In this document: piece after piece, positions 1-12,664 of the stretch | How the letters are laid out: the number at the start of each line of letters is the position of its first letter | Position numbering within the stretch: position 1 is the first letter of the stretch | From: Lepidodermella squamata | Lineage: Eukaryota; Animalia; Gastrotricha | Direction of reading: 5' to 3' | Length of the DNA stretch: 64,000 nucleotides | Assembly (NCBI GenBank): GCA_047495785.1 | Contig: JBLDXI010000024.1 | Coordinates: 3,472,001 to 3,536,000 of the forward strand | Notes under the pieces: generated by a model | The model's input: the letters and a program-made list of their open reading frames with translations, nothing else | Database searches by the model: none | Told to the model about the DNA's origin: nothing | Made by a program: the position numbers and the translations under genes

Positions 1-801
1 CTGCCTGCTGGGAAGAAATCGAATCAGAGAAAGTAACACTTTTAGGGTGTCAATTTCTCCTATAATGTGAATGGGAATCCGTTGAAGAAATTCAAACCGA
101 GTGTGTTCCTATAGCCCATAGTCACTAATAATCGCCAGGGTTGACGGGTCAATTCGGTTCGAAAGCGTAAAAAATGAAAGATTCACTGGCTATTAATTTT
201 CAAAATTTCAAGTTTGAAATTTTAGTAGCTCCGTATCTATTAGGAACAAATACGGTAATGAGAATCCACGCATATGCCGTTAATAAATTTGACCGAGTGC
301 TCATTCAGGCTTGTCCAGACTAAAATCGGGTTAAATCCGGGTGTAATCAGGGCACGGAACACGGAACGCAAATACAACCTATTTAACGAGACGCGTCAGC
401 CTTAATTGCTCGAAGCTCTCTTCTAAAAATGCCTCGTGCGCTGTTATAAGGCACGTGAGTGTCTATAAAAATCAGACGTCTGTGACCATGCGTTATTTTT
501 CATTGTTTACTGCTCCATAGCTTGGATGAGATGATGAGGAACTCAAGCCTGTCACCAGCTGTTTATTTATAATTCGCTGCGACCGAGACGGCTAGACATG
601 TTTACCAATATGACGATCTTCGTGATTTGTTGAAAAAAAAACTACGCACCGCCTAGCATCGATTGAATCTACAGCAAAAACACAGACAGTTAATTACTAG
701 AGCGAAGATCATATTAGATTCATGCGCGTCCGTTTCAAGTTCACATCTATTATCCAATTTTGTTGAATTTGCCAATTTTAAATCTCGCTATTTAAGTTAT
801 T

Positions 802-3800
802 ATGGACTTGTCTGCAAAGTACAACGCTGAACATCAGCGAAATTCCAGTTCTAACATCTCATCGCCGCGTTCATCGAATTCAACCGCGCCAAGGTGCCCG
901 TTTATTAACGAATTTTTCGCCTCGTTGTACTCGCTGTACGCCGAGGGTCTCATGTGTGACGTCACGGTGGCGATTTCGCCCGAGCACCGGTTTAATGCCC
1001 ACCGCGTTGTGCTATCGGCGTCGAGTCCGTTCTTCCGGGCCATGTTTACTAACAACGCGCTGCTCGAGGCGCATTCGAATACGATCAACCTCGGCGGCAA
1101 TGTTGTCGATCCGCTGTCTTTCAAAATTATCCTCGACTACATGTACCAACGGCAACTGGATATCAACGAAGACAATGTTTGCCAGGTATGCCCTTTATCA
1201 TTTGAGCTCACGTGAGATAATTCGATTATAGGCATTTAATTTTCTGGATCTTGTAAAAGTTTAATTGCAAGCACCAGCGAACGCATGACGTCACTTGAGC
1301 AATCGACAACTGAGCAACCCTGTTATAATATTTCTTCAATTGAAAGCTTTACTTCTTAAGTTTGAATACCCTTTTTAGATCTAGGATTTGCTCGATTGTC
1401 GTTTTGCTCAGCGTCAATTGCGCAAATCATATATAGCGATTTTTTTTCCTACTTCAGCCTTTTCAGGTTTACATTTCTCATTTTGTTTAAAATCTTGAAT
1501 TAAATATTGGAGCGATTTTTACTAACGTACTGCCCGAAATGTTAGTCGGCTTCGTTTAAAAGTCGGCCTCAAATATAAGACGGGGTCCAAAGGTCATTCG
1601 AAATATGCAATGAAGGTCAGGCCTCAAAAAATGGTCAGATCTGGCACCTAGTTTCGGACAAAACCATTTTTTTTAGGGATTAAACAGTTTTATAACTAAG
1701 ACAATTATGGCATTTTGAATAAAGGTCGATAAGATGATTGCCGATTTATCTGCAAATTTCGGTGATTTTGCCATTTTTACCTGATTTTTGGCGATCCAAA
1801 ACTAACACAGTTGAAGTTTTCTAACGTAAATTTTTACGGAATTTAGAAGCTGTTAACATTTTTCGGTTATGCAATTCATACTTTTCCATGAAAATAATTA
1901 AACTACATAGGTCTCAATAGCTGATTGGCCGATTTAACGTGTAAATTTTTTGAGGTGTCTCTTGTTAGGCAAATGCTTCCATTTTTCTCCAAATCCTCTA
2001 TAACATTGACCTTTTTCATACCTAAACCGGATTCGGACCCCAAAATCGGTCCGGTTTATTCCTGTCCGGTTTAGATGTCCGTTTTAGACCATAAAATTAA
2101 AATTTGAAGTCCACACTTTCGGATCGAGCCACCCAAAATTAAATCGGCTCGGTTTAGACAGCTTTCGCTGTAATAGGACAATTAGCATTTAGCGGGTAAT
2201 TTTAGTCCCTCATTTGCATAGGGAGTTGCTAAGCTATTTACCTGCAAAGCCGAAGTGTCCAATGATACCCTGTACGAAGTAACGCTATCTTTAATCTAAA
2301 AAATGTTTTTGGGTGAATTTTTGTGAAGTTTTTTAAATTTTAGGATTAACAATTTTTTAAATATTTTGCGGGGTAATAAAAATGCATTATTTCCAATTTT
2401 TAGGAAAATTAATTTTCAACACCTCCAGCTGGCGTTATTGTTGGTAACACGAAAAATACTGATGATGTATTTGATAGGTTCTTCAAGACGCATGCTATTT
2501 ATTGATGCGTGACGTCGAGACGAAATGTTGCGAATTTTTGTCGCGCATTTTATCGCCGAAAAACGTCTTCGAACTGTTACACATCGCCGCCGTGCTATCA
2601 AGCTCAGCCCTCGCTGATCTCCTCGTCAAATTTCTCAGCCGGCAAGGCCTCGCCATTTTCACCCAAGTTCCAGATTTTTACGATATCGACCTTAATATTT
2701 TCCGTCAATTACTAACCGCCGGCATGGGCGGCTCGGTGACTGAAGAAGCGCTGCTGGAGATTGTCCTAAAATGGGTTAATCACGACTTAGCAACAAGGCA
2801 ATCTCATCTGAGCGATCTTCTAGGTCTAATTCGAATTCCGTTGGTCACGTCTGAAAAGTTTAAAACCGACCCGTTGATACAAGGCGACGAAATTTGCCGG
2901 CGTATATTCGAGCCGAGTAAAGAGTCGATATCAGACGCAGGGTGGCCAATAGCGCCTCGGGGCGGAACGGTGTTTTGCAACGCAGGTGAGAAATCGTGTC
3001 TCATTTTCTGGGTCAAATCTTTGAAATTATTTGTTTTTCACCAGCTGTTAATTTTCTATCGAATTACGAGCCATCGCGATCTCGATGGGCGAGCGATATT
3101 TGGGCGCCGTATAACATTAATTTAACCTCGGTCAGTCTGTTTTCGATGGACAACGTTACCCTGGGTGTTGTAGGCAGTGAAGCCAAGGAAAGCGTGTCCG
3201 AAGCTGAGGGTTTAAGTCTCGGAAGTACAGTGGTGAGATTTTCAGTTAATTTTATTTATTTAGGATTCCCAGCAAAATTCTTCAAGAATTTTTATTTAAT
3301 TCAAATTTTTAAATTATTTGAAAATTTCATAAATTTTTAAATTATTTGAAAATTTCATAAAATTTTAAATATTATTTTTTTTTTAATTTCACGATTTGAC
3401 GATTTATTCAATAAAGTTTTCAAAAGAATTTTTATTTTTTTTTTATTTTTCACGAATTTTCAAATTTTGTTTTAATTCAAGTTCAAATAGGTAATAGTTA
3501 TGGGTAAATTTTCAGGCTGTTTATGACTTGGCTAATAAAAAATGGCGCACCCTGCCTTCGTTAACCACAGCCCGGTGCCGACCGGCCGCTGTTGTAGTGC
3601 CCTATGCTGATCTCATTGTGGTTGCTGGCGGCGTTTCGCATTGGGACGACAACTTCATGGATCACAAGCCTATCAATACCTGCGAACTGCTTCACCTGTC
3701 CAAATCAGCATGGTGCACCTTCTCACCCCTGCCATGGGAAGGCGGCGACGGTGTCCGACTCGTTTCTGTACAAGACAAAATCTTCGCAATAGGTGAGAAA

Positions 3801-4331
3801 TCGAAAATTATTGCTGCGTAATTTAATAAAAAAATAAAATGCAAAAATTAAGGTGGTCACGTGATTAAGAATGGTCGCTTGTCGCCAGCTAATAACGTCT
3901 CATACATCTCAGTATCGCAAATTCTGGACCCTAACTTTGACGCTGTTCAAGATGCTCGATGGGCCGATGCATTGCCAATGACCGCCGGACGGTCGCATTG
4001 CGGCGCCGCCCTCGTCGGCGATCGCATCTACTGCGTCGGCGGCTCCGGCGCCCAGGGCGCTCTCAAAAGCGTCGAATGCTTCGATCCAGTTCGCCTGCAG
4101 TGGTTCGACACGCGGCCATTAAGTGCCGCAGTGCCTTTCGTAACAGCCGTGTCTTACGGCGGTCTACTGTGCTGTCTGCTGTCGTTTCAGAACGACGAAA
4201 GACCTGGACTGGCGCCGTATGAGGTCGTGACTTATGACCCGCGTGATAACCTGTGGCATATTGGTACATATCTCACGTCACCTTGCCGCATCGGCATCTC
4301 CTGCCCGTCGCTTGTCGTTGTTTCAGATTGA
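802..4331 (+). CDS. Kelch-like BTB-BACK-Kelch protein (5 exons, approx. 802-1185, 2478-2985, 3045-3232, 3516-3791, 3853-4331)
   Basis: BTB motif (CDVTV...FNAHRVVLSASSPFFRAMF), BACK region (EEALLEIVLKWVNHD...R..HL..LL..IR) and Kelch repeats (IVVAGG, IYCVGG...SVECFDP...W). GT-AG junctions keep the frame (VCQ|VLQDACYLLM). Confidence 0.9.
3303..3358. repeat. 28-bp AT-rich tandem duplication in Kelch intron
   Basis: aaatttttaaattatttgaaaatttcat occurs at 3303-3330 and 3331-3358. Confidence 0.8.
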
Positions 4332-4545
4332 TCAAAAACTCTTCTTCCGGTGTTGAGCGTTGAAAGTTGTTCCCTGTTTCCATGCGCTCCTGTTTTTCAT
4401 TAATCCCAAGTTTTCCTTGCGTGTCTTTCCAGAAGCGTGTCATGCCAATACTTTGCAATAATTTAAAATGAAGCAAATAAAAACCGTAATATTTCACCAT
4501 TTGTTTTATTGCTTTCAACCGGGTTATCGTGACAAAAAAAGTTAT

Positions 4546-6635
4546 TTAGCCAATGCGTCCTCCAGTAAGGGCTTGGTTTGTATCTGGAGCCGTGACAATC
4601 TCCAAAGGAGCAGGTGTTGGGGCAGGCGGCGGTACTCTCGTTCGCACTAGAAAGAATGAATTATAGAGGTAAGTAAAAGGACCATCAAGCTTACCAGGCT
4701 GGGCTGAAGCTCGTCGAGTCGTAGTTTCCATCTGTTCCATGCCGTTATTCGACCCATCAGCAGCAGTTTCAAACCATCCATTGGTCGTTGTAGTTGTTCT
4801 GCCTCGGCGAGTCGTTGTCGTCCTGCGGCGTGTTGTCGTAGTCGTGCTTTCGTCATCAACTTCGTTCACTGCTCGAATTTCAACCGCAGGCTCGGGGGTT
4901 GTTGGCGCCTGTGTTGTCGTTGTAACACGTGCATCGGCAACCGGATCTGGAGGCGGAAGTTTTTCGCCTCCGGTGATGACTGGGTACAGATTCCCGTCAC
5001 CACTATTCGGTTGGACGGCGTAGAAATCTCTCGGGGCATAATTCGTCAAATTTGTTGTTGTAGTGCCGTTGTCGCTCAAGCTGAAATACATATCGTTAAT
5101 AGGGGTGACTTTTAAGTCAAAAATCGAAGGTGCTATAGTAGAGACCCCATAAGTGGAGTACCGTTGGATAGACTGAAAGACAGGCTCCCGGGAAATCGCA
5201 TCTGAGGCGGATTCGGATGAGCAGCTGCGGAAGTTCTACCGAAAATCAGCAATTCTGAGAATTTTACCATAACTTTACCTGTGATTTCATGTCCCGTAAT
5301 ATAGTTTGTATCGATGTTCATTGCACACATCCAGACTGGCCATTTCTTAGGCTATCCAACGGTACCCCACTCATGGGATCTCTACGTACCCGTTTACGGT
5401 CGAACGTCACCACCAAGTTATGGTAAGTAGGTAATCGGCCATAAATTTTAAAAGAAAATTACCTGAAATAGAACAGTGATTTACTGTTGCCAACCGTTGA
5501 CGAAATCCAACTTAAAGCTTTGCAAACTCGAGCGTAGACGCCGTAGTAGCCAGCCTCTGCACACCCCTGTCCGTATGAAGTTACCCCCATCAACATGAAG
5601 TACCCGTATTTCGGGCAAGTCATCGGTCCACCCGAATCGCCTTGGCAAGTATCGACGCCGCCCTCTGCATAGCCTGTGCAGACTTTGACGTCGGTTATGC
5701 CCTGGCTAGAGCCAGCGTAAGCCTTTGAGCATGTTGCCGAGGATACGATAGGCATTTTCGCTTTCTGCAGGTATTGTGCAGCACTGCCGCCTTCTGACGT
5801 AGTACCCCAACCCGAAACAAAAGCTGTATCTCCAGCCTGGCTAGATTCGGAAAAAATGATTCATAATTTTGGTTAGGCCGGAAGTTCTTATCCAATTTGA
5901 CCCTTACCATTCGTCACTGCATGAGGCTGGCAAGCAAACAGGCTGTACAAGCCATGTCGAAAAGTCGAGGTCACCTGGCAAATCGACATTTCTAGTTTCT
6001 CCTTTCTTTGATCAATAGCAAGCTTACGTGGCATCTTCAGCAAGCAAAAGTCGTTGTCCATAGTCTTTGAGTTGTAATTTGGATTGGGTATGACTTGCGT
6101 GGCCGTCAGTGAGAATTCGCCGACGTCGGTTTTCGAAGCATCGTGGTCGGCGAAGTAGACGATGAAATCACTGGCGGTGCTTGATAGGACACAACAATGA
6201 GCGGCTGTGAGCACCCATTGCGAGTTGATAACCGATCCGCCACATAGGTAAGCCCGCTTAATGCTGAGCCGAACCTGATGGAAAAATGTAATCGTCAATC
6301 CATATATCGAAATCATAAAGGAATAGAGCATGAACCTGCCACGGAAATTCATTTTGCTGGGCTTGAACACCACCAACAATGCGGCCCTGGCCAGCATTCC
6401 AGTATTTTGAATGGCCGCAGCCAAGCGGGAAATTTTGCCCCGAAGAGAATCCGCTAGGACTCGGGGCTTGCGTAGCTGCACTGCCTAACTGGTTGTACTG
6501 ATCCGGGGCTAAATTTTGGTTCGGAGCCGGTCCAGTCGGGCTCTTGGCAGGTGATGGTGATGTACTACCTAAGCAAGCTTCACTTCCAGTGAATAGCACT
6601 GAAACAAGCACTGTAAGTACGCGAATACAATACAT
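4546..6635 (-). CDS. Secreted trypsin-like (S1A) serine protease with C-terminal Thr/Pro-rich extension, multi-exon
   Basis: Signal peptide MYCIRVLTVLVSVLFTGSEA, activation site R-IVGG, catalytic LTAAHC / DNDFCLLK / DTCQGDSGGP, and GVYARV. Splice ttcag|gt (~5463) to ag|c (~5080) joins the protease in frame to the Thr-rich exon. 3' end approximate. Confidence 0.88.
5136..5386. mobile_element. ~250-bp MITE-like element (Tc1/mariner-type ends) in protease intron
   Basis: Imperfect ~35-bp terminal inverted repeats gtagagaccccataagtggagtaccgttggatag (from 5138) and ctatccaacggtaccccactcatgggatctctac (to 5385), with TA on both flanks. Confidence 0.7.
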
Positions 6636-7325
6636 AATTGTTTTCACGAGCAGTTATTGAGAAGAATGTAGCAAGGATTTGATGCGTCTTGTTACATTTA
6701 ACCGTTTTTTCATATATCGTTGCCACTAACACGTATTTTTCACTCCTACTTGAAATCCGACGTATTAAAGCTGCACCCTGTGACGTTAGCCAACACGCTC
6801 CGTGGCACGTCTTTCCGTTTTGTTGGGGATTTGGAATTAGCTCAAGTTCTCCAGCGAAATGTAGGGTATTACACTCGCGATAGCAGGATTCCACAGAAAT
6901 TCTCCTACTATCAGTCATATTTTCGCTTGATTTCCATTTTCTTTTACTGACCCAGCGATCAAGCCAGCAACATTGCACTCATCAATAGTTTAGTTCAAGT
7001 CACATCCAATAAAAGGACTGCTTATTGAGATCCCATAAAGCCGGGTTCGTGTGCCATCTCCTTCGTTAAACAGTAACATTTCATAGCAAATTTCAAAGTT
7101 TTATTTGAATATCCATGCATTTCAATTTTTTATTTTTTCTTCTGGTAGCAGATTTGTTAAACAACAGCAAACCGGAATGAGATAATATTACAATAATGCG
7201 AAAAAGACCGTGTAACGACAAAAATAGTGAAAATATCAATTTAGCGGCGAAATGATAGATGAAAGCAGTAATTTGCATTTTTTGCCGTTACACGGTGAGA
7301 GAAAATACGGATATAATTAAAAAAA

Positions 7326-8057
7326 TCAGCGATATCCACCCTGGTGGCGTAAATTGTGTTGAGCAGCGCCATAAGACGGTTGAGGCGATGGTTGGGCCGG
7401 TGTTGAATCAAGGATGTTACCCAGAGACGCGTCATCCATATCCGTATCCATGTCACCGCCGCCCGTTCCAGGGCCTCCGGCTGCTGAATTCTGCTGGTTA
7501 AACGCCATGCGTTCGGATTTACTCATTTCACGGTAGCGGACGAGGAACAACTTGAGAGGTTCAATATACTGATCAAAACCGAGATTAGCCATTGCGTTTA
7601 TAATATCTTCAGCATTGATAGTCTTCCGCTTTTCTAGCGCGCATTTTTCGCTGGCTCTAGATTACATAAACGCTTGAATAATGTGAATAATATTTAATAC
7701 AAATATCTTACTCGCTGGTAATAAAACTTATGAATTCTGACACGCATTCCTGGCAGCATTCCTTGGCTTCTTTTGAGATCTTGCCGTTTTTCGGTACCAT
7801 GCTTTTCATAATTCGAGCGACATTGGCGATGGGTAGGAAGCGATCTTGCTCGCGAAGAGGAGTCGGTTCGGCAGATTTACTGTCCGCGGCGGCTACAAAA
7901 ATTCAAGTTAACAAGGATCCAAAATACTCATCTAAATAATCCTACCAGCTTGTTCAGCGACGAATTCAGCAAAAACTTCTTGCCCACTCTTCATACGACG
8001 CGATGGGCTGGAGTTTGACGTACCGGGTCGATCCAAATATTGGTTGGATTCGTCCAT
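7326..8057 (-). CDS. NFYB: Nuclear transcription factor Y subunit beta (exons 8057-7946, 7892-7712, 7656-7326)
   Basis: Spliced translation contains [19 protein letters not shown]...[58 protein letters not shown], the NF-YB histone fold. Confidence 0.95.
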
Positions 8058-8164
8058 TATTAGGTATTTCTTAAATAAATCCTAAACATAAGAGAGCGAC
8101 AATATTAAAACTGTAACAATATTTTTAGTCAATTGTTGAGCTTGAAATTTTGCACATTTTACTC

Positions 8165-8734
8165 TCAAATAATATTCTGCTCGTGACGCAAGAATTCTCC
8201 GACATCAGCTTGACGTAAGACAACAACAGCGCCTGGGTCCGCTTGACGGCATTCCGTGGCCGAACGAGCGGCTAGGCCGAATCCAATAGCAATGTCACCA
8301 CTGCTTGAGCCAGCTGATTGCGTCTGAGAGTAAACTATCACACCAGCCATCTTCGGGGTGTCTTCCGTAATTCTGGCAAGGCCAGCTTTAAAGCCATGCT
8401 GTCCGTAAAGGAAACGTTGAGCAGCTGACTCGCGAAGCCAAACTTTGTTCTTGGCATAAGGAGCCATGATTGATAGAGCGGTTATGTGAAGACGGAAAGT
8501 GTTGGTGTTTTTCGTGAATCGTCCGAGACAAGTTCCCACTGACAGCAAATGTTTCCGATCAATGTGAAGAGCGCGCTTCATCAGCGATTCAGAAATGTAG
8601 AAAACCCGATTGCGATGCATGCGCAGTGAATACACACCATCTGGCCTGTCTAGCAAGAGCTTGATATTGTCACCGATGTAAGTCGACAACTTGCTGAAGA
8701 CAGCACGCGTCTCAGCTTCAGTAAGAGGACGCAT
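8165..8734 (-). CDS. NIP7: 60S ribosome subunit biogenesis protein NIP7 (intronless)
   Basis: MRPLTEAETRAVFSKLSTYIGDN...FRLHITAL..MAPYAK.KVW...FLYG.H...PUA-like C-terminus QADVGEFLR.E. Confidence 0.95.
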   Translation of the reverse strand: MRPLTEAETRAVFSKLSTYIGDNIKLLLDRPDGVYSLRMHRNRVFYISESLMKRALHIDRKHLLSVGTCLGRFTKNTNTFRLHITALSIMAPYAKNKVWLRESAAQRFLYGQHGFKAGLARITEDTPKMAGVIVYSQTQSAGSSSGDIAIGFGLAARSATECRQADPGAVVVLRQADVGEFLRHEQNII

Positions 8735-9441
8735 TTTTTATTTATTTGATAATATCTACTGAATAAGAATTAGCAAATTAAGGGCAGGCTACAGAGAACA
8801 AATAGAGTAGGAAGAATTTCAAACCAAACCAAACTTTTCTAGAGAGTCAATTCGCGATTTTCTCACTAGCTCCATTTTAGCCCAAGTCCCTCCGGGCTCC
8901 GGGCGAGAAAAATCGTTAATTCGTGTACGTAAAAAAACACGTGTGTTATTTGCTGTCAACATGCTGCCAAAACTGCAAAAAAAGAGCGATCAACAGGCAA
9001 CCAGCGCAGATGCCGAACCAACAAGACTTCGGTTCTTACCAAAAGTAATCGATCGCAAAAATGCGAGAAGCGCGCTTCATTTTAAAAATATTATGACCGA
9101 TATTAATTTTATGGTGATACAGTATCATTCTGCGACCTATGAAAAAATTATATTGATCTACACATCTGATATTTTTCGGAAATATTTTGGCGCTATTCTT
9201 GTTTGGGCGCGCAAAAGTTGTAGCGTCGGTTTGTGGTCGGATTTGTGGTTATTCACCGCCAGCCGCATTAATGGCATGATTCATTCCACGTTGCTCTCTC
9301 ACGCTAGGGATATTTAAACACTATAGAAAGCTTGTTTCAGTTGCATTTTGCGATGGAAACACCTCTCTACATCAAAATGATTGATTTCTTTGTTTCTAGA
9401 TATATACATGGTAAATGCAGTATGTCTAATGATTTATTAAA
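8735..9441. promoter_or_regulatory. Probable bidirectional promoter between NIP7 (minus) and Josephin (plus)
   Basis: Only divergent intergenic gap between the two co-oriented gene runs. Positional inference only. Confidence 0.45.
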
Positions 9442-9987
9442 ATGGCAAGAAGTGACGATTCCGTAGAGATTTATCACGAGAAGCAGTCCCAAATGCTATG
9501 TGGACTTCATGCTTTGAACAATTTGCTGCAAAAGCGAGCTTTCAGCAAACATGACTTCGACGAGATTTGCAGCCGGTTAGCTCCGCGATCATCTGTCTTC
9601 AATCCTCATCGCAACTGGCTTGGCTTAGGTGATTATGACGTCAATGTGTTAACCATGGCCGTTGAATCTGCAGGATTCGAGCTATCATGGTTTGACAAGC
9701 GAAAGTCCGTCGATGACTTGAACCTATCTAATGTCATTGGCTTTCTATTAAATATTGCATCTAACGTGCAACTGGGAGCTTGCAGGCTTCCTGTTAAACG
9801 GCCGCATTGGATTGCAGTTAGATGGCTTTCGGAACCTCACAAGGCTTACTACAACCTCGATTCGAAGCTCTCAAAACCTCATCGCATTGGTTCAGATGAG
9901 ACTGATTTGAGAAAATATCTCGTACAGCAACTCGCGGACCAACGCGCTCAGCTGTTAGTAATTAAACAGCCCGAAGTCAAGCAGTGA
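9442..9987 (+). CDS. Josephin-domain deubiquitinase (JOSD1/2-like), intronless
   Basis: IYHEKQ...LCGLHALNN (catalytic Cys), GDYDVNV, HWIAVR (His), YYNLDSKL (Asp). Confidence 0.95.
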   Translation: MARSDDSVEIYHEKQSQMLCGLHALNNLLQKRAFSKHDFDEICSRLAPRSSVFNPHRNWLGLGDYDVNVLTMAVESAGFELSWFDKRKSVDDLNLSNVIGFLLNIASNVQLGACRLPVKRPHWIAVRWLSEPHKAYYNLDSKLSKPHRIGSDETDLRKYLVQQLADQRAQLLVIKQPEVKQ

Positions 9988-10126
9988 TGATTTTATAACT
10001 CGTCTCAATTTTATGCTCGCATGTGATAATTTACTTTTCAGTAGTTGAAATAAATTGTTAATTGGCAGATATTAAGTGGCGACCATATTACATTGAACTA
10101 TTTTTACTTTAGAACTGATTTAAATT

Positions 10127-11020
10127 ATGGCGTTGATAAGTCCTGCGGTCAGTTTATTGACTAATTAACTGTCATTATCAATTGTTATAATTTTCAGACG
10201 AAGCGCGCTGGAGCCACATTGTTGCCGTTCATTTTATCCTTCGCGGCTTATTTCAAATTCTACGGTGGTGCCGATAACGTTGACTTCGCCATTTATCCAC
10301 TTGCGAAGGCTTCTCCTATGGTTTCTTTACTTATCTTTGTTTACTTCAACAAACCTAAAAATGAGGAAGGGCAGAGCTATTCCAATCGAGTGTTTATGGG
10401 ACTTTTTGCATCACTCATTGGGGATATACTTATGATATTCGCTAAAACAGACAAGCGGTATTTAATTTATGGCATGGCAGTATTTGGAATAGCTCATTTT
10501 TTCTATCTGGCCGCATTTGGATTTAAACCATTCAGAGCGAAAATTTTCGCAGTTTGTTTCACTGGCTATGCGTGTAGCTTTCTATCTACAGCAGCGAAAC
10601 TTAGCCTGGGAATGAATATAGCACTAGCATCGTATGGGGCGATTTTAGCATGTATGGTCTGGCGAGCGTTGTCTCGAGCCGATAGCTTTGAGGATTTGTG
10701 GAAATTGCCTAATATATCTGCTGTCATAGGTTTGATTGAGCGGAACAGTCATTTTTGTGAAAAATATATATTTTTCCTTTTGAAGGCTCACTATTGTTCG
10801 CTGCTAGTGACACTATTTTGAGCCAGAAGATATTCAACAAGCCAGCCGATTTGACGACGGTTGAATTTATGCAGTTGGTCGTTATGTTGACCTATTATCT
10901 GGCCCAACTTGGTAAGATTAGAATTCCTGGGTAGCCAAAATTCACGTTTCCTAATTATTAGGTATTGCCCTATCGACCACCAAATCCAGCAAAAACTTTG
11001 AGAAGATTAAGAGAAAATAA
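10127..11020 (+). CDS. TMEM86/YhhN-family lysoplasmalogenase-like membrane protein, copy 1 (exons 10127-10147, 10198-10729, 10786-10911, 10962-11020)
   Basis: K..PM, GL..S.IGD, GM..F..AH..Y..AFG, M.WRA, G.LLF..SD, MLTYY.AQLGIALS: YhhN signatures. GT-AG introns in frame. Confidence 0.9.
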
Positions 11021-11104
11021 TTTATTGACGAGACACTGGCTTGCTTCGATTTTATTGATATCCGGTGATGATTTTTCCTAATATTCCCAAATAGATTTTT
11101 ACTC

Positions 11105-12664
11105 ATGGAATTTTTCGAGCATTACAAATATGTATTTTTGTACTCTGGAGTGGCTATTACATCCGCCTCCCTAGCCACTTATTACTGGGCATATTGCTAT
11201 GTAACGAAATACCGCAATATTTTCCGAGAGATGGGCCTTCCATACGTTAAACCAACAAGATGGCTCGGTACGTGGGGCGAATATTTACACGGCGAAAATT
11301 TCTTCGAGGCCGAGCAAGAACTTGTACGGAAACACGGCACGTTTTTCGGGATGTTCGAAGGCCGCCAGCCTACAATTATGGTCACGGAGCCCGAATTGAT
11401 CCGCCAAGTCTTGTTCAAAGACCACGAATCTTTCATAGATCACCGAAGCTATTTGAAGAGCCGAACACGGGCATTGGATTACGGTTTGACTGAACTGACT
11501 GGTAATAGGTGGAAACACGCGAGGCAAACTATCACCCCAGCTTTTACGCCGAATGCATTAAGGCGGATGACCCCTCTTATTCTGCAATCTGTCAAGCAAC
11601 TCGTTGCCAATATCGAGAAGCAGTGCGATTTGAACGAAGACAATGACATTAAGATGAACAGCGGCTGCTTCACCATGGATGTAATTGCTTCTGTTGCCTT
11701 TGGTATTGAGTTGGATTCTTTGAATAACCCGGATAATCCGTTTGTGGTAAATGCCCGAGCTGCATTTGCTAACGATAAGAAGTTAAAATACGTCATTACC
11801 TTGGTACTCTTATTTCCCGGGTTGTTCCAAATACTCATGAAGATGTCGTCTGATAAATCGAAAATGATGAAGCCGTTCGTCTTTTTCACGCAAATCACCG
11901 AGCAAGAAATGAAACGGCGACGTGATGAGAAAGTCGATCGACCTGATTTTCTGCAAATGACGATGAGCATGGAAAAGGACCCAGAGGATCCTCAGTACAA
12001 GGATTTCGTGGAAATAGACGAATTCGGCAAGAAATGGCTGAGAAATGGCTTGACTCACATGGAAATCATCGGGCAGGCGGTTCTGTTTTTCGTGGCTGGC
12101 TACGAAACGACGTCGAATGTTTTGGCTTTAACGCTGTTCGCCCTCAGTGAACACCCTGAATGCCAGGAAAAGTTGTATCAGGAAATCAAAGCGGCTTTGA
12201 AGGATGAAGATCCCAACATGGATTCCGTTCAAGATTTAAAATACCTCGAAATGTGCATCGATGAAACCCTGAGACTTTACGCCCCATTCATGAGGCTAGA
12301 ACGAGTCTGCACTAAGGATACACAGCTTGGAGGGTATCACATTCCCAAAGGCGTCGTAGTGCTTGTGCCGGTTAATGCTATCCATCATGACTCGAATGTT
12401 TGGTTCGAACCTGAAAAATTCGACCCTGAGCGCTTCGCCGATCCTGAAAACATTCCCCAACTGGGTTTCATGCCTTTCGGCCTTGGAAATCGTAACTGCA
12501 TTGGAATGAGACTTGCTTATTTGGAGCTTAAATTGGCTCTGGTCTGTTTGGTTCGAAGACTGAAGTTTTCAGTCTCGCCCAACTTGGAATTTCCGATAAA
12601 ATGGAAGCCGAGTCTTCTGCGAATAAACGCTAGTCCAATTTTGCTGAAAGCTGAATGTCGTTAA
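11105..12664 (+). CDS. Cytochrome P450, CYP3-clan-like, copy 1 (intronless CDS)
   Basis: N-terminal anchor, WKHAR, AGYETT, ETLR, PERF, FGLGNRNCIG heme motif. Confidence 0.96.
   Translation: MEFFEHYKYVFLYSGVAITSASLATYYWAYCYVTKYRNIFREMGLPYVKPTRWLGTWGEYLHGENFFEAEQELVRKHGTFFGMFEGRQPTIMVTEPELIRQVLFKDHESFIDHRSYLKSRTRALDYGLTELTGNRWKHARQTITPAFTPNALRRMTPLILQSVKQLVANIEKQCDLNEDNDIKMNSGCFTMDVIASVAFGIELDSLNNPDNPFVVNARAAFANDKKLKYVITLVLLFPGLFQILMKMSSDKSKMMKPFVFFTQITEQEMKRRRDEKVDRPDFLQMTMSMEKDPEDPQYKDFVEIDEFGKKWLRNGLTHMEIIGQAVLFFVAGYETTSNVLALTLFALSEHPECQEKLYQEIKAALKDEDPNMDSVQDLKYLEMCIDETLRLYAPFMRLERVCTKDTQLGGYHIPKGVVVLVPVNAIHHDSNVWFEPEKFDPERFADPENIPQLGFMPFGLGNRNCIGMRLAYLELKLALVCLVRRLKFSVSPNLEFPIKWKPSLLRINASPILLKAECR

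Noticed and set aside
1296-2160. Short imperfect inverted and direct repeats in Kelch intron 1
   Set aside because: Probably decayed MITE debris. Boundaries and TSDs are not definable.
8943-9317. 124-aa ORF in the divergent NIP7-Josephin gap
   Set aside because: No domain similarity. Likely promoter or leader sequence.
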